Positions 47,967 to 59,021 of a stretch of 64,000 nt of DNA are shown here, in pieces. The stretch is from a bacterium (GTDB taxonomy: Bacteria > Patescibacteriota > Minisyncoccia > Phycocordibacterales > UBA918): assembly GCA_043719295.1 (NCBI GenBank), contig JAYSUD010000005.1:31651-95650 (forward strand), written 5' to 3'. The position numbers and the translations under genes were made by a program. Below the pieces are notes generated by a model, which was not told where the DNA came from, made no database searches, and worked only from the letters and a program-made list of their open reading frames with translations. Every line of letters begins with the position of its first letter. Positions within the stretch are counted from its first letter, which is position 1.

Positions 47967-48737
47967 CTATTTTGGTATTGCTGGGAAAAAGACTGACGTT
48001 TTCTTTTTATAGACCTCCCACTCTTTGTTCCCTTCCCACCGTTTTTCTAACATCGGAACCCCTGACACCTTTAAGAGTAAAAATGTAATTAAGATAGGAC
48101 TTACAATCGCTCCAAGCGCAACAGGAGTGAACGAAATAGCAATGATACAAATACCAAACCACATCATACTTTCACCAAAGTAGTTTGGATGACGTGTGTA
48201 TTTCCATAATCCGTACATCATAATCTTTCCTTTGTTTAAAGGGTTGCCAATAAATGTATCAAGTTGGTAATCGCCAACACTCTCAAAGAAAAAACTGATA
48301 CACCACAAAAGTAACCCTCCGAGGAAAAGTGGTGTATACAAAACAGTATCACCGTATATAAGTGCGAGTACTATTGGCGACGCTACAATAAAAATTATGA
48401 GTCCTTGAAGCATATAGATTTGAAAAAAACTTCGGACCACAAACGAACTCCCCCACGCATCGCGCCACGCTTTATACCGAAAGTCTTCGGGTTTATTTTT
48501 ATTCTTCAGATAAATACGTGACACCAAACGAACTCCCCAGATAAAAGGAAGCGTTACAAAAAGTGCCTGCCCGAGTGATATCGGTGCTGTTACCATCACT
48601 GCAACTGCAGTTATAACAATAAATCCTCCGCCATAGCCAATATCTGCAATTCCATTATTTTTCCGCCATAACGCTACAAAAAATAACGAGCTCATGTATA
48701 AAAACAATGCACCCAAAGATATAAGAATTGTTGACAT
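47967..48737 (-). CDS. DUF1295/ICMT/steroid-reductase-like membrane methyltransferase or reductase family protein
   Basis: multi-TM with a C-terminal RHPNYFGE motif. Confidence 0.55.
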   Translation of the reverse strand: MSTILISLGALFLYMSSLFFVALWRKNNGIADIGYGGGFIVITAVAVMVTAPISLGQALFVTLPFIWGVRLVSRIYLKNKNKPEDFRYKAWRDAWGSSFVVRSFFQIYMLQGLIIFIVASPIVLALIYGDTVLYTPLFLGGLLLWCISFFFESVGDYQLDTFIGNPLNKGKIMMYGLWKYTRHPNYFGESMMWFGICIIAISFTPVALGAIVSPILITFLLLKVSGVPMLEKRWEGNKEWEVYKKKTSVFFPAIPK

Positions 48738-48738
48738 C

Positions 48739-50175
48739 TTAATAGAGTACCCGAAGAAGCCTTTTTGTGAAAGGCGTTAGTTTTGATGCAAAGTAACCTG
48801 ACACAGTACGCTTATTGATGCGAGATGCCGATGGGTAGGCATACGTTTTATTAAAGAGTTCTTGTACGTTGAGCTTAGCTGTTTGTGCCAACACTAACTC
48901 TTGAATAAGTTCACCTGCGTTTGGTGCAACCATGGTACCTCCGAGGACTCCTCCTTTTGGTGTTATAAAAATTTTTGACTTACCGTACTGATAGCTATCG
49001 GTGATTGCTCTATCATCTTCGGTAAAATTTGTAGCAAGCACCTGGTACATGACTTTTTTCTTTTTAAGCTCATGTTCTTGTAACCCAAACGTTGCAATCT
49101 CAGGGGTTGTGTAGGTAGTCCATGAAATACCATCTCCAGTAAACTTCTTTTTAAAAGGAGAAAAGAAGTTTTTTAGTATGACGCTCGCATGCATTTCAGC
49201 CGCATGAGTAAATTGATAATTGCCAGCAATATCTCCACACAGATAGACATTTTTGTTTGTAGTACGTAGAAACGAATCAACAACAATTTTTCCACTTTCT
49301 TTTTGCTTGATACCCGCTTTTTCTAATGATAAATCTTCCGTGTTTAAGACACGTCCAATGCCAACAAATACTGCATCGAAGTCAATCGTAGTTGTAGTTC
49401 CATCATTTTTTGAAAAGATTGCTTGGTTTGAAGAGATAAATTCTATTAGTGTATGTTGAAGTAAGAATCGAACTCCTTCTTTTTCCATTTCCGTACGCAA
49501 CACCAGAGCGATTTCAGGATCTTCTTTATTCAGGATCTGTGAAGCTGGATCAGCAATAGTAACGCATGACCCTAGATACGAAAGTGATTGCGCGAGCTCA
49601 ATACCAATAGGACCCCCCCCGAGAAAAAGAATGCGTTTCGGTAGTTCCTCCATAGTAAAAACATTCTCATTATTAAGTACTGTTGTTACTTTTTCAATTC
49701 CCTGCCCCACAAGTTCTCGTGGACGAGAGCCAGTAGCTAATACAATTTTTTTTGCAGAGTATGTAGTCCCATTAACGGATACTGAGTTTTTGGATATAAA
49801 TGAGGCAGCACCTAAGACAACAGTCATTCCTTTTCCTTCAAACCATTTTGCATTTTCATGTTCCCGAATGCTCTCTTGTTTTTCTTTAATATACGTACGA
49901 ACTTTTTTCCAGTTAACATCACCAGTAGCGACAACACCAAACGCCTCTGCATTTTTAGCGTCATGCACCATACGTGCTACATGAATAAGTGCTTTAGAGG
50001 GTATACATCCAAAGTTTAAACAGTCTCCTCCGATATGGGAATCGCTTTTATCAATGAGCAACACTTTAAAACCAACACGGTTCATAAATCCTGCAATATT
50101 AAGACCACCCGATCCGGCGCCTATGACAATGATGTCAAATACATTTTTTTCTTTCATAGTTGTTATATTATCCAT
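48739..50175 (-). CDS. FAD-dependent pyridine nucleotide-disulfide oxidoreductase (class I)
   Basis: GAGSGG FAD motif, redox-active GGDCLNFGCIPSK, NAD motif, C-terminal dimerisation domain. Confidence 0.75.
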   Translation of the reverse strand: MDNITTMKEKNVFDIIVIGAGSGGLNIAGFMNRVGFKVLLIDKSDSHIGGDCLNFGCIPSKALIHVARMVHDAKNAEAFGVVATGDVNWKKVRTYIKEKQESIREHENAKWFEGKGMTVVLGAASFISKNSVSVNGTTYSAKKIVLATGSRPRELVGQGIEKVTTVLNNENVFTMEELPKRILFLGGGPIGIELAQSLSYLGSCVTIADPASQILNKEDPEIALVLRTEMEKEGVRFLLQHTLIEFISSNQAIFSKNDGTTTTIDFDAVFVGIGRVLNTEDLSLEKAGIKQKESGKIVVDSFLRTTNKNVYLCGDIAGNYQFTHAAEMHASVILKNFFSPFKKKFTGDGISWTTYTTPEIATFGLQEHELKKKKVMYQVLATNFTEDDRAITDSYQYGKSKIFITPKGGVLGGTMVAPNAGELIQELVLAQTAKLNVQELFNKTYAYPSASRINKRTVSGYFASKLTPFTKRLLRVLY

Positions 50176-50866
50176 GATACTTTTTCATAACAATTTTTCC
50201 AACTAACGACAATACAACCACTATCAGGATTGCCAATACTATCTTTGTGATATTAAGTGACGCAAGTGAGTCACCAAAATAAACATATGCAAATGTGCCC
50301 GGAATAATCCCAAGAAACGTACCAAGAAAATAGTCTCTAAATGAGACCTTGGTGACACCAAGTCCAAAGTTAAGTCCATTAAACGGAAACAGTGGGACAA
50401 AGCGCAAGAACAATACCGTCACAAAACCATGTGATGCAATTTTTTCATCATATCTCTCTAGTTTCTTAGCTACACTCCCTTCACCATACTGCAAAAAGTG
50501 CTGCTTGAAATATCGTGATAGGCTGAAGGCTAAAACTGCTCCTAGCGTTGCTCCAATAACTGTGTATAGAGTTCCATAAAGCGGACCAAAAATTGCACCA
50601 CCAGCTAAGGTTAAAGGGCTCCCTGGAATAAAAAGCACTGAGGCTAAAGCGTATAAACCCATGTACACCAATGGCGCCCATATCCCATATCCGAGGATGG
50701 TGTCGCGTATACGCTCTGGTTCGAACAGATCAACAATACCTGTCTGTTTAAGTGCAACTACACAGGCAATAAGAGCACTCACAACTATTACAAATACAAT
50801 GAGTTTGCGACTCATGTATTTAGATTTGTGAGAGGAGGTACCCGTATCCTTCTTTCTCCATATCAA
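50168..50866 (-). CDS. DedA/TVP38/TMEM64-family membrane protein
   Basis: conserved F..R..P.....N...G core; overlaps the oxidoreductase start. Confidence 0.65.
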   Translation of the reverse strand: MIWRKKDTGTSSHKSKYMSRKLIVFVIVVSALIACVVALKQTGIVDLFEPERIRDTILGYGIWAPLVYMGLYALASVLFIPGSPLTLAGGAIFGPLYGTLYTVIGATLGAVLAFSLSRYFKQHFLQYGEGSVAKKLERYDEKIASHGFVTVLFLRFVPLFPFNGLNFGLGVTKVSFRDYFLGTFLGIIPGTFAYVYFGDSLASLNITKIVLAILIVVVLSLVGKIVMKKYHG

Positions 50867-52076
50867 CTTTTGCGATAAAACGCATTGCAGCAGAATTCAT
50901 GCAGTATCGTTTCCCTCCTCTGTCTGTGGGGCCATCATCAAACACGTGCCCCACATGTGAATCTGCATGTTTTGAACGAACTTCAGTCCGTGTAGAAAAC
51001 AATTTTTTATCCACTTTGAGCGTTACCACTTCCTCACTAATCGGCTTTACAAACGATGGCCAACCGGTACCAGAATCAAATTTATCTTTCGAGAAATAAA
51101 GTGGCTCACCTGATACGATATCAACATATATTCCCTCTTGGTAATTTTTGTCGTACTCATTTGAGAATGGGGATTCTGTTCCTTCTTCTTGAGTTACTTT
51201 GAACTGTGTTGGTGTAAGGCGAGCTTTTAATTCTGCCTCTGTTGGTTTTGCAAAGTTATTCCATGACATAGCGTTAAATTGTGTTACTTGATTTTTAATT
51301 GGCAAGGTCGAACTTGCTGTTGTTACTGTTACTTCAAATTGGGTAGCACGAGCACCCCATGTCTTTTCTATAAATGCACTTCTTCCTGATCCTGTTCTAT
51401 AGTATCCATACTTGAGTGGATTCTTTTTTGCATAGTCTTGATGGTATTCTTCAGCAGGCCAAAACTTGACTGTAGGAATAACAATAAGAGGTAGAGATTT
51501 TGTAAATACCTTAAGCCCATCAACTTCCATAATAACCCGTTTTGCCTCGTTTCTCTCAGTATCATTTTCATAATATATTGCTGGGGCATATTGTGGACCT
51601 CTGTCGTTGAAAGAACCCAAGGCATCAGTTGGATTGCCGTGCTTGATGATGTGCTCAACCAAATTTGCATACGTCACTTTTGAAGCGTCATAGGTTACTA
51701 GCACAACTTCCCTGTGTCCTCCCACTGTCGCGTTTTCATAGGTTGGGTTTTCTGTTGTACCTCCCGCGTAACCTGACACTACATCAATGACTCCCGTAAC
51801 TTTTACTAAATCGTTTTCAACGCACCAGAAGCAACCGTTAGCCAAGAGTGCAAGTTTTTTGTTTTCGTTGGTAGTATTCTCTGCACTTACATTTGCTGGA
51901 GTTGATGAAGATAAAATCACTGGAGCTATAATCGGAGTTTGATTCTGCGAAATTGGTTGCGTCTGCACTTCTTGGACGAATTTAGTACCATTTAAAAATA
52001 TAAATGCAGTACTTACCACAAGTACTAGACCTAAAAAGGTGAAAAGTAATGAATTATTCATAAATACAGTATACAC
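50820..52076 (-). CDS. msrAB: secreted bifunctional methionine sulfoxide reductase A/B
   Basis: N-terminal TM/signal, MsrA GCFWC motif, MsrB SelR domain with CxxC...RYCMNS. Confidence 0.8.
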   Translation of the reverse strand: MYTVFMNNSLLFTFLGLVLVVSTAFIFLNGTKFVQEVQTQPISQNQTPIIAPVILSSSTPANVSAENTTNENKKLALLANGCFWCVENDLVKVTGVIDVVSGYAGGTTENPTYENATVGGHREVVLVTYDASKVTYANLVEHIIKHGNPTDALGSFNDRGPQYAPAIYYENDTERNEAKRVIMEVDGLKVFTKSLPLIVIPTVKFWPAEEYHQDYAKKNPLKYGYYRTGSGRSAFIEKTWGARATQFEVTVTTASSTLPIKNQVTQFNAMSWNNFAKPTEAELKARLTPTQFKVTQEEGTESPFSNEYDKNYQEGIYVDIVSGEPLYFSKDKFDSGTGWPSFVKPISEEVVTLKVDKKLFSTRTEVRSKHADSHVGHVFDDGPTDRGGKRYCMNSAAMRFIAKVDMEKEGYGYLLSQI

Positions 52077-52221
52077 TAAATGTAAAGTTAAGTTAACATC
52101 TTGCTATACCTGGTTTACTTGATTAATAACGATGGGTTCCTCAAGATAGTAAGAATATGGCATTTCTGACGTCATATACTCATAATCAGATTAATGTAAC
52201 AAACACTAGATTGACTAAACT

Positions 52222-52770
52222 ATGAAAAAAACACTTATTTTAAGTTTCGGACTTGCAATTATTTTAAGCGTTGCTACAGCGCCAACAGCTTCGGCACTGA
52301 GTTGCTTACCAACTGATGAATACCTCAAAGAGGTTGTGGGAGACGAGAATGTCGTTATGTTTACAGGGACTGCTGTTGAACAAATGAGTGAAAAGAACTA
52401 CACCGCTGAGGTGGTTACTGTTGACACAGTCAAGCAGGGATATGTCGAAGGAAAAGTTTTTGTGTATCACCAAAAGGATGAGACGTGGGGATACTTGTGT
52501 AATGCAGGCCCAGGGAAAAAGGGTGACAAAGGATTCTATGTTGCAGTGCGAGATGAGGCTGGAAAGTATAACGTCACACAGCGCCTCATATTTTCTGAAA
52601 TGTTTGTAGGTATAGTCGAAAAAGAACTGAAGGAAGCCGAAATAGTTGGTGAAAAAATTGAACTTACTACTACAGATAAGATGGAGCAGATTATCACAAC
52701 GATTCAAGATCTGTACGAAGAAATAAAAATCTTATTTAAAGAATATAAGTATTGGATGGGAAGTAAATAA
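52222..52770 (+). CDS. secreted hypothetical protein
   Basis: signal peptide; 182 aa; hairpin terminator 52782-52812. Confidence 0.45.
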   Translation: MKKTLILSFGLAIILSVATAPTASALSCLPTDEYLKEVVGDENVVMFTGTAVEQMSEKNYTAEVVTVDTVKQGYVEGKVFVYHQKDETWGYLCNAGPGKKGDKGFYVAVRDEAGKYNVTQRLIFSEMFVGIVEKELKEAEIVGEKIELTTTDKMEQIITTIQDLYEEIKILFKEYKYWMGSK

Positions 52771-52871
52771 AACTTTTCTAAGAAAGACATACCCTATGGT
52801 ATGTCTTTTTTACTGTCTAATATAATTCTGAAATAACAGATAGACACCGTTATCTAAATAACTAATAAAAA

Positions 52872-53861
52872 TTATATTTTAACAAAATATTCTTTAATTT
52901 CTGACCTGATTTGTGTCCGTAATTCTACTAAGTTTGGATACTGATAAAAGAAAAGCACTTTTTGATCTTTGATGAGCGTACCTGTAGGTTTTTCATACAA
53001 AATAAACTGTGTAAAAGATTCAGCCATGTCTTCTTCAGGGTTTTTAGCTGCATACTCTGTAACAAACTGATTTTTGTTTGCAGCATAGCGCTTAGTGAAG
53101 TTTGAATGTACAAACCACTTAGGGTCGGTCCAAAACTTTGTTGCAAATGACTGAATGTACGACTTCTTCTCTGAGCATCCTTGACTACCTAAAAATCGTT
53201 TACAAGAAAAACTCTTTATTTTTTTATGGTCTACTTGTGTATTGTTGAGAGTAAGAATATGCGCATATTCATGAAGTAAAACGGTGACAAGATCACGTGT
53301 CCATTTTTTACTTCCAAAGTCTGAAGCATTGGCGTTAATCGCCAAGCCCCACTCCTGTCCACTAGTATCAGTTGCTTTTACAAATGCGAGCGTTCCACTG
53401 TCCTTGTTTTTGTACGTGACATAATAACGCATATACTTTGTCACAAAGTCGTCCCCTGCAATACTTGCAAAAATATTCCAAATCTTATAATTATCTACTC
53501 GGTCATCCTTTTGCCATTTTTCATCACCATACAATCTGTTGTTGCGAACTTTATATCGATTCAAAAGTTCACTATCTTCATACGAAGCCTCTTCTTTATG
53601 CAACCCAAGACGGATAGTAGATGCACTATAGTTAAATTTCCATTCTGCTGTTGAGGTAGCTTGGTGTTGGGGTGCTACAGTTTTTGAAATGCCTTGCAAC
53701 TGTAACAGCAAGGATTGTAATTGTTCATACTGCTCCTTTTTTGAAGTTGTCGCACCAAGCGTTGTCTGAGTTTCAACAGCAACAAAAATTACCATAGAGA
53801 AGACCGCTACAAAACTTTTATACAACAATGATGTATTGTTCATTGTAGATATAAATACCAC
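52872..53861 (-). CDS. secreted putative zinc metallopeptidase (HExxH)
   Basis: signal peptide; LLHEYAHIL HExxH motif. Confidence 0.45.
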   Translation of the reverse strand: MVFISTMNNTSLLYKSFVAVFSMVIFVAVETQTTLGATTSKKEQYEQLQSLLLQLQGISKTVAPQHQATSTAEWKFNYSASTIRLGLHKEEASYEDSELLNRYKVRNNRLYGDEKWQKDDRVDNYKIWNIFASIAGDDFVTKYMRYYVTYKNKDSGTLAFVKATDTSGQEWGLAINANASDFGSKKWTRDLVTVLLHEYAHILTLNNTQVDHKKIKSFSCKRFLGSQGCSEKKSYIQSFATKFWTDPKWFVHSNFTKRYAANKNQFVTEYAAKNPEEDMAESFTQFILYEKPTGTLIKDQKVLFFYQYPNLVELRTQIRSEIKEYFVKI

Positions 53862-53913
53862 ACCAGATGATATGACACAAGATTACAAAAAAACATGTAA
53901 TACATCCTATGAC

Positions 53914-54336
53914 CTAGCGTGTTGCTGATAAATCTACATAGTTAAACAGGACACTAAATTGTTTACACCACACCAGCACGTAGCGATACTCATCGATATT
54001 GGTTCCTTTAGGAATCTCATAGTTCACATTACCTTCAGTTGCTTTTAGGGTTCCAAGATTTACAAACTCTTTAGCATCTAGATCTTTTGCAAGATAGACA
54101 TATAAATCAGGTCCATTAATTGTTTTGAAATTTTCATATCGCACAACGTCACCACTTTCAGTTTTAATAATTCGTACTGCCCCACTTCCTTTGTGGCCTG
54201 CCGTGCCAATTACAGAGGCGGATTTTTCTTTCTGCACCTCAACTACTTTAGGTGCTGGCTTTATTTCAACGGGGATATCATTTGCTGATGACGCAACGAC
54301 AACATCAGGAACTGTAGGCACAACTACATTTGACAC
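53914..54336 (-). CDS. DM13-domain protein
   Basis: GPDLYVYL...KATEGNVNYEIP...YRYVLVWC DM13 hallmarks. Confidence 0.6.
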   Translation of the reverse strand: MSNVVVPTVPDVVVASSANDIPVEIKPAPKVVEVQKEKSASVIGTAGHKGSGAVRIIKTESGDVVRYENFKTINGPDLYVYLAKDLDAKEFVNLGTLKATEGNVNYEIPKGTNIDEYRYVLVWCKQFSVLFNYVDLSATR

Positions 54337-54746
54337 AGGAGCTTTCTCATCAATACGTACGTTTATAAAAAAGGAGAAATAAAGTTATAAGCAACTACAA
54401 GCACAACAAGAAAAATCACTCCAATGCATATTTTTTTAATCATACCTATATGGTAACTGAAGTAAGTCTGGATATCTAGCTAACAAACAAGCAATCGTTC
54501 TTGATTGTCCCTGTGTACCGAACTGTGCGTATCTACAGCTTGTAACTGAAGAAGCACCCCTAAGTGTGTTTTTTCTCGAGCTGGGATACAGGGAATTTCT
54601 CTTGTTACACAAGCAGTATAGGTTGTCGCTCTTTTTCCAAAAGAGCTGGCAACCTTTCCGAATCCGCGCGACGCTTTTTTAAAAAAGCTGCGCCTGTATC
54701 CCAGCTCACAGCAAAAAACACCCTCATGGGTGTTTTTTGTTGTGAG

Positions 54747-54817
54747 CTGGGATACAGGGATTCGGACCCCGATTAATGGCTTCAAAGGCCACTGTCCTAC
54801 CATTAGACGATATCCCA
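54747..54817 (-). tRNA. tRNA-Gln (UUG)
   Basis: TGGGATA acceptor, anticodon loop CTTTGAA, TCCGAAT T-loop, TATCCCA-G; aligns with E. coli tRNA-Gln; track ORFs 54480-54818 and 54564-54776 are artefacts. Confidence 0.8.
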
Positions 54818-54896
54818 ATATATGAAAGCGCTCTTTTGAGCGCCCGCATAATGTAGCATATTACCGAGAAAATTACAGCTTTTTATTTCTGGTATT

Positions 54897-55187
54897 CTAG
54901 CTACCTTTTGATTTTTTATAGCACTCCAAACACTTCAAATTACTCGTATCTCTTGGCGTAAAGGGCAAGCTCGTAATTGCGGTTCCACATCCGCTACAGG
55001 TCCAATTTCCTTCTACTTTAGGGCGCTCTCCTTGAGGTGTACTCGCGTCGCTACTTGCATTTGTACTACCAGATACTTTCTTTGAGTGACAGTCTCTGCA
55101 GGTTAGTCCTGCTGTTCCTCTTGGTTCAAATGGAAGTTCTGTTATCTCTCCTCCACATCCACTACAGGTCCAATTTCCTTGAAACAT
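54897..55187 (-). CDS. tandem zinc-ribbon protein
   Basis: two repeats of GNWTCSGCG...ITxLPFxPR...LxCxxCxxK. Confidence 0.45.
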   Translation of the reverse strand: MFQGNWTCSGCGGEITELPFEPRGTAGLTCRDCHSKKVSGSTNASSDASTPQGERPKVEGNWTCSGCGTAITSLPFTPRDTSNLKCLECYKKSKGS

Positions 55188-55226
55188 ATGTTAGTTTTTA
55201 GTTGTTAGTAATTAGTTCTTAGTATA

Positions 55227-56906
55227 CTACTTACTTTCATAACTCGCTTTAATGAATGCAGTAAATATAGGATGCGGATCTAACGGTCGTGCTTTAAACT
55301 CTGGATGGAACTGTACACCAATGAAAAATGGGTGTGCGTCTTTAGGAAGTTCTATAATCTCCATAAGTTTTTTATCAGGAGAGGTTCCCGAGAAAATCAT
55401 ACCAGCGTCTTCGATGAGTCGGATGTACTCAGAATTAACTTCATATCGATGACGGTGGCGCTCAGAAATGATTTCTTTGCCATACGCCTTAATTGCGATA
55501 GTTCCCTTCTTTAGGTGGGCAATTTGTTCACCTAAACGCATCGTACCTCCCATGTTGTTTGTTGCTAGTTTTTCTTTTTGATCGGGCATGATGTCAATTA
55601 CCAAATGCTCAGCTTTAGGGTCAATCTCCGCAGTACTCACACTTTTGAACTTAAGAACGTTTTTAGTAAATTCTAAAACTGCAAGTTGCATACCATAACA
55701 AATTCCAAAATACGGAATCTTATTCTTTCGTACGTATTCAATAACATTGAGCATTCCGTCAACTCCTGTAGTACCAAAGCCACCAGGTACAAGTACCCCA
55801 TCATAGGCTTTTAGATCTTTAAGATTCTTAACATCACTAAAGTGCTGTGCGCCCAGATAGGTAATTTCTGGCGTGAGACCAAGTTTGTAGGTAGAGTACT
55901 TAATTGCTTCTAAGACTGAAATATATACATCTGAGAGGATAAAGTCTCCTGAAGAGAAATACTTTCCAACAACGGCGATTTTAACGGGAGCTTTTCCATT
56001 TTTTGATTTTGCTACAAACTTTTTCCATTCAGATAAGTCTGACTTTTTCTTTGGAAGTCCGAGCAAGTCACAAATTCTTTCTGAGAGATCATCTTTTTCA
56101 AAATTTACAGGTACGTCATACACACTTTTTACATCGGGAGCTGAAATAACGTGCTCTGCTTTTACGTTACAAAACTGAGCTATTTTATCTTTTCGTTTTT
56201 GGTCAAGTGGTACCGGACCCCGCGCTAGAATAAAGTCTGCAAAGACACCCGTACTGTTGAGCATTCGTGCTGCGGTTTGTGTTGGCTTTGTCTTCATTTC
56301 GCCAATTGAGCCAGGTACCGGCAAGTAACTCACCATCACCACACAGACATCATTTGGTGTTTCCATTTTCATCATACGGACAGCTTCAAGGAAAAGGATA
56401 TTCTGGTATTCACCGACTGTTCCCCCAATTTCAATAATAACAACGTCTGCTTTTGCACTTTCTCCTGCTTTTTTGATTCGTGAAATTACTTCGAGCGGAA
56501 TGTGTGGCACCACCTCGACATTGTGTCCTTTGTATTCTAAATTCCGTTCTTTGCGAATAACATCTTGATATACACTTCCAGTAGTCATGTAGTTGATATC
56601 GGGAATGTTGATATTCAAAAAACGCTCATAGTTTCCCATGTCTTGATCAGTCTCAAGTCCTCCTTCAAGCACAAACACCTCTCCATGCTCTGTTGGGTTC
56701 ATGGTACCCGCGTCCACGTTAATGTACGGATCAATTTTAATTGCGGTAAGTGAAAGACCTCGTGCTTGAAGAATTTTTGCTATTGATGATGAGGCAACTC
56801 CTTTCCCTACTCCCGACATTACTCCCCCGACGACAAAGATGTATTTAGTACTTGTGGTAACTGATTTCTGCGTTGCTGATTTTTTCTGATTGTTTTTGAT
56901 TGCCAT
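55227..56906 (-). CDS. pyrG: CTP synthase
   Basis: N-terminal synthetase domain (GGVMSGVGKG) and C-terminal glutamine amidotransferase domain, 559 aa. Confidence 0.9.
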   Translation of the reverse strand: MAIKNNQKKSATQKSVTTSTKYIFVVGGVMSGVGKGVASSSIAKILQARGLSLTAIKIDPYINVDAGTMNPTEHGEVFVLEGGLETDQDMGNYERFLNINIPDINYMTTGSVYQDVIRKERNLEYKGHNVEVVPHIPLEVISRIKKAGESAKADVVIIEIGGTVGEYQNILFLEAVRMMKMETPNDVCVVMVSYLPVPGSIGEMKTKPTQTAARMLNSTGVFADFILARGPVPLDQKRKDKIAQFCNVKAEHVISAPDVKSVYDVPVNFEKDDLSERICDLLGLPKKKSDLSEWKKFVAKSKNGKAPVKIAVVGKYFSSGDFILSDVYISVLEAIKYSTYKLGLTPEITYLGAQHFSDVKNLKDLKAYDGVLVPGGFGTTGVDGMLNVIEYVRKNKIPYFGICYGMQLAVLEFTKNVLKFKSVSTAEIDPKAEHLVIDIMPDQKEKLATNNMGGTMRLGEQIAHLKKGTIAIKAYGKEIISERHRHRYEVNSEYIRLIEDAGMIFSGTSPDKKLMEIIELPKDAHPFFIGVQFHPEFKARPLDPHPIFTAFIKASYESK

Positions 56907-56925
56907 TATGAGGTGCTTACTTTTC

Positions 56926-57846
56926 TTAAACGTTGAGGTAACGTGCTACTGCTAACATACTTGATACCATCCCAAGTGCGATGCCCGAGCCAACTAAGAT
57001 GGCAAAGATACGCATGAAGTCTGATACAAAGTAGGTAAATAAATTAAACTGGAAGAATTCTTCTGTTTCTGGTCCAAGCCAGAGAACTATTGGATACAAG
57101 ATTAATAATGCAAGAACCCCGGCTGCAACGCCATACATAATCCCTTGGAGCATGAATGGACCACGAATGAACGTGTTACTAGCACCAACCAAACGCATGA
57201 CAGAGATTTCTTCACGTGTAGTATATATTGCAAGACGAACAGTATTAAAGGTAATCAAAATTGACGCTGCTACCAATACAATCATTGCAATAAAAGTTGA
57301 ACGCTCTACTGCGTTGATGATGTTGGTAAGCTTATCAATCGCTTCTTTGTTTTTGACGAAATTAACCTGATCAATCAGTGGTTTCTGAGGATCTTCTCCT
57401 GCTTGTTTGTCATTTAAAAATTGAGAAATGCCTTCGTACTGAGAAGTTTCTTTTGCACGAATTGAAAGTGATGCACCAAGTGGATTGTCTCCTAACTCTT
57501 CAAGCCCTTGCATGATTGTTTCGTCATTTTTATGTCGCTCAGAAAAAAGAGCAAGTGCTTCTTCACGTGAGGTAAAAGTTACCTCTTCAACGTCAGGAAG
57601 TGCTTTAAGTGACGACGCAAGAGCGTCAATTGCATCTTGTTCTGCATCAACAACAAAATAAACATTGATGTCAACTTTATCTTGTATATTTTCAAGTGAC
57701 ACAGACAATAGCTTATCTATCATCATAGTAGACCCAACAACAAACAAGGCAACCGTCATAACAAAAATCGCAGCGATAGACACAAACGCGTTACGCCAAA
57801 ATCCTACAAAACCTGATCTGATAACTCGCTTAGTTGCTGTCCACAT
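56926..57846 (-). CDS. ftsX: cell-division permease FtsX
   Basis: N-terminal TM, periplasmic loop, C-terminal 3-TM FtsX domain; downstream of ftsE. Confidence 0.8.
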   Translation of the reverse strand: MWTATKRVIRSGFVGFWRNAFVSIAAIFVMTVALFVVGSTMMIDKLLSVSLENIQDKVDINVYFVVDAEQDAIDALASSLKALPDVEEVTFTSREEALALFSERHKNDETIMQGLEELGDNPLGASLSIRAKETSQYEGISQFLNDKQAGEDPQKPLIDQVNFVKNKEAIDKLTNIINAVERSTFIAMIVLVAASILITFNTVRLAIYTTREEISVMRLVGASNTFIRGPFMLQGIMYGVAAGVLALLILYPIVLWLGPETEEFFQFNLFTYFVSDFMRIFAILVGSGIALGMVSSMLAVARYLNV

Positions 57847-57875
57847 AGAATAAAATAAAAGTTACCTCACACTTC

Positions 57876-58559
57876 TTACAAAACGTACTTACCTTCTTGA
57901 TCATCTCGAACAATACGACCTTCGTCCATAGTGATAACACGTCGCCCAAGTTCATCAATCACACCTTTATTGTGTGTAGTCATAATCACTGTTGTACCAA
58001 GATCATTGATCTTCTTAAGTATCTGCACAACCTCATAAGTAGCTATCGGGTCGAGGTTTCCTGTTGGCTCATCAGCAATAATGATGTCGGGTTGATTTAC
58101 AATCGCACGCGCAATAGCAACACGTTGTTTTTCCCCACCTGAAAGTTCACCAGGGAAATTCCAAATCTTATCTTCAAGATCAACAAGTGCTAAAGCTTGT
58201 GGTACGTTCTCGCGAATCTCTTCATCTGAACGTCCACTTGCTTCCATTGCAAATGCAATATTTTCATACGCAGTCATGTGAGGCAAGAGTTTAAAGTCCT
58301 GAAAAACAGTACCAATTTTTCTTCGGTACTTTGGCAATTTTGAACGAGGGATTTTATGGATATCAAGAGACTCAAAAAAGACTTGACCTTCTGTTGGTCT
58401 GTCTTCTGCAATGAGCATTTTAAGTAAGGTAGTTTTCCCTGCTCCTGAGTGGCCTACAATAGAAACGAATTCTTTAGGTGCAACTTGAAAAGAAATGCCT
58501 TCAAGTGCACTTGAACGTCCATCGTTATACAGCTTCGAGACGTTATCGAAATAAATCAT
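57876..58559 (-). CDS. ftsE: cell-division ATP-binding protein FtsE
   Basis: Walker A GHSGAGKTT, LSGGEKQR signature, 227 aa. Confidence 0.85.
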   Translation of the reverse strand: MIYFDNVSKLYNDGRSSALEGISFQVAPKEFVSIVGHSGAGKTTLLKMLIAEDRPTEGQVFFESLDIHKIPRSKLPKYRRKIGTVFQDFKLLPHMTAYENIAFAMEASGRSDEEIRENVPQALALVDLEDKIWNFPGELSGGEKQRVAIARAIVNQPDIIIADEPTGNLDPIATYEVVQILKKINDLGTTVIMTTHNKGVIDELGRRVITMDEGRIVRDDQEGKYVL

Positions 58560-58779
58560 AATATATTAGTATTTTACTGTACTTGTTAGAGAAAGTCACC
58601 CGTTAAGGCGGGGACTGGAGCTAACAATGAAAACTGGACTGCTGGAGTGAGTCGCGATAGTATCGCGTCGCAAGACTTTACAAGATATTTTAAGCCCATA
58701 GGCGCAAAATATCCGTAAAGTAGACAGTCTCTGTAAGAGGCAGTACTTCTACAGAAAAACCTTTCCTACAGAAACTGTT

Positions 58780-58817
58780 CAGGTTGATGGTATTTTTTGC
58801 AAAATACCTATCAACCT
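58780..58817 (+). repeat. R1 repeat, partial copy 4 (hairpin 1 only)
   Basis: caggttgatggtattttttgcaaaatacctatcaacct. Confidence 0.5.
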
Positions 58818-59021
58818 CTTGCAAAAGTACACAGTACTTTCTCACCTAGTTCGTCTTTTTTGATGAAATGCTTTACTGTAGTTTAGAGCTTGCGTCTAGC
58901 AAATACCTGTATATTGAGCTGTGTACCATGATTAATACTAACAGTGTTAATTCTATACAAAAAAACACCCTCACAGGTGTTTTCTTGTATACTTTATTGT
59001 TTAATTCTCTCTTCTAGTATG

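Noticed and set aside
54480-54818. Overlapping 112-aa and 70-aa ORFs
   Set aside because: They cover tRNA-Gln and its duplicated or inverted 3'-end repeats. The protein-like composition is an artefact.
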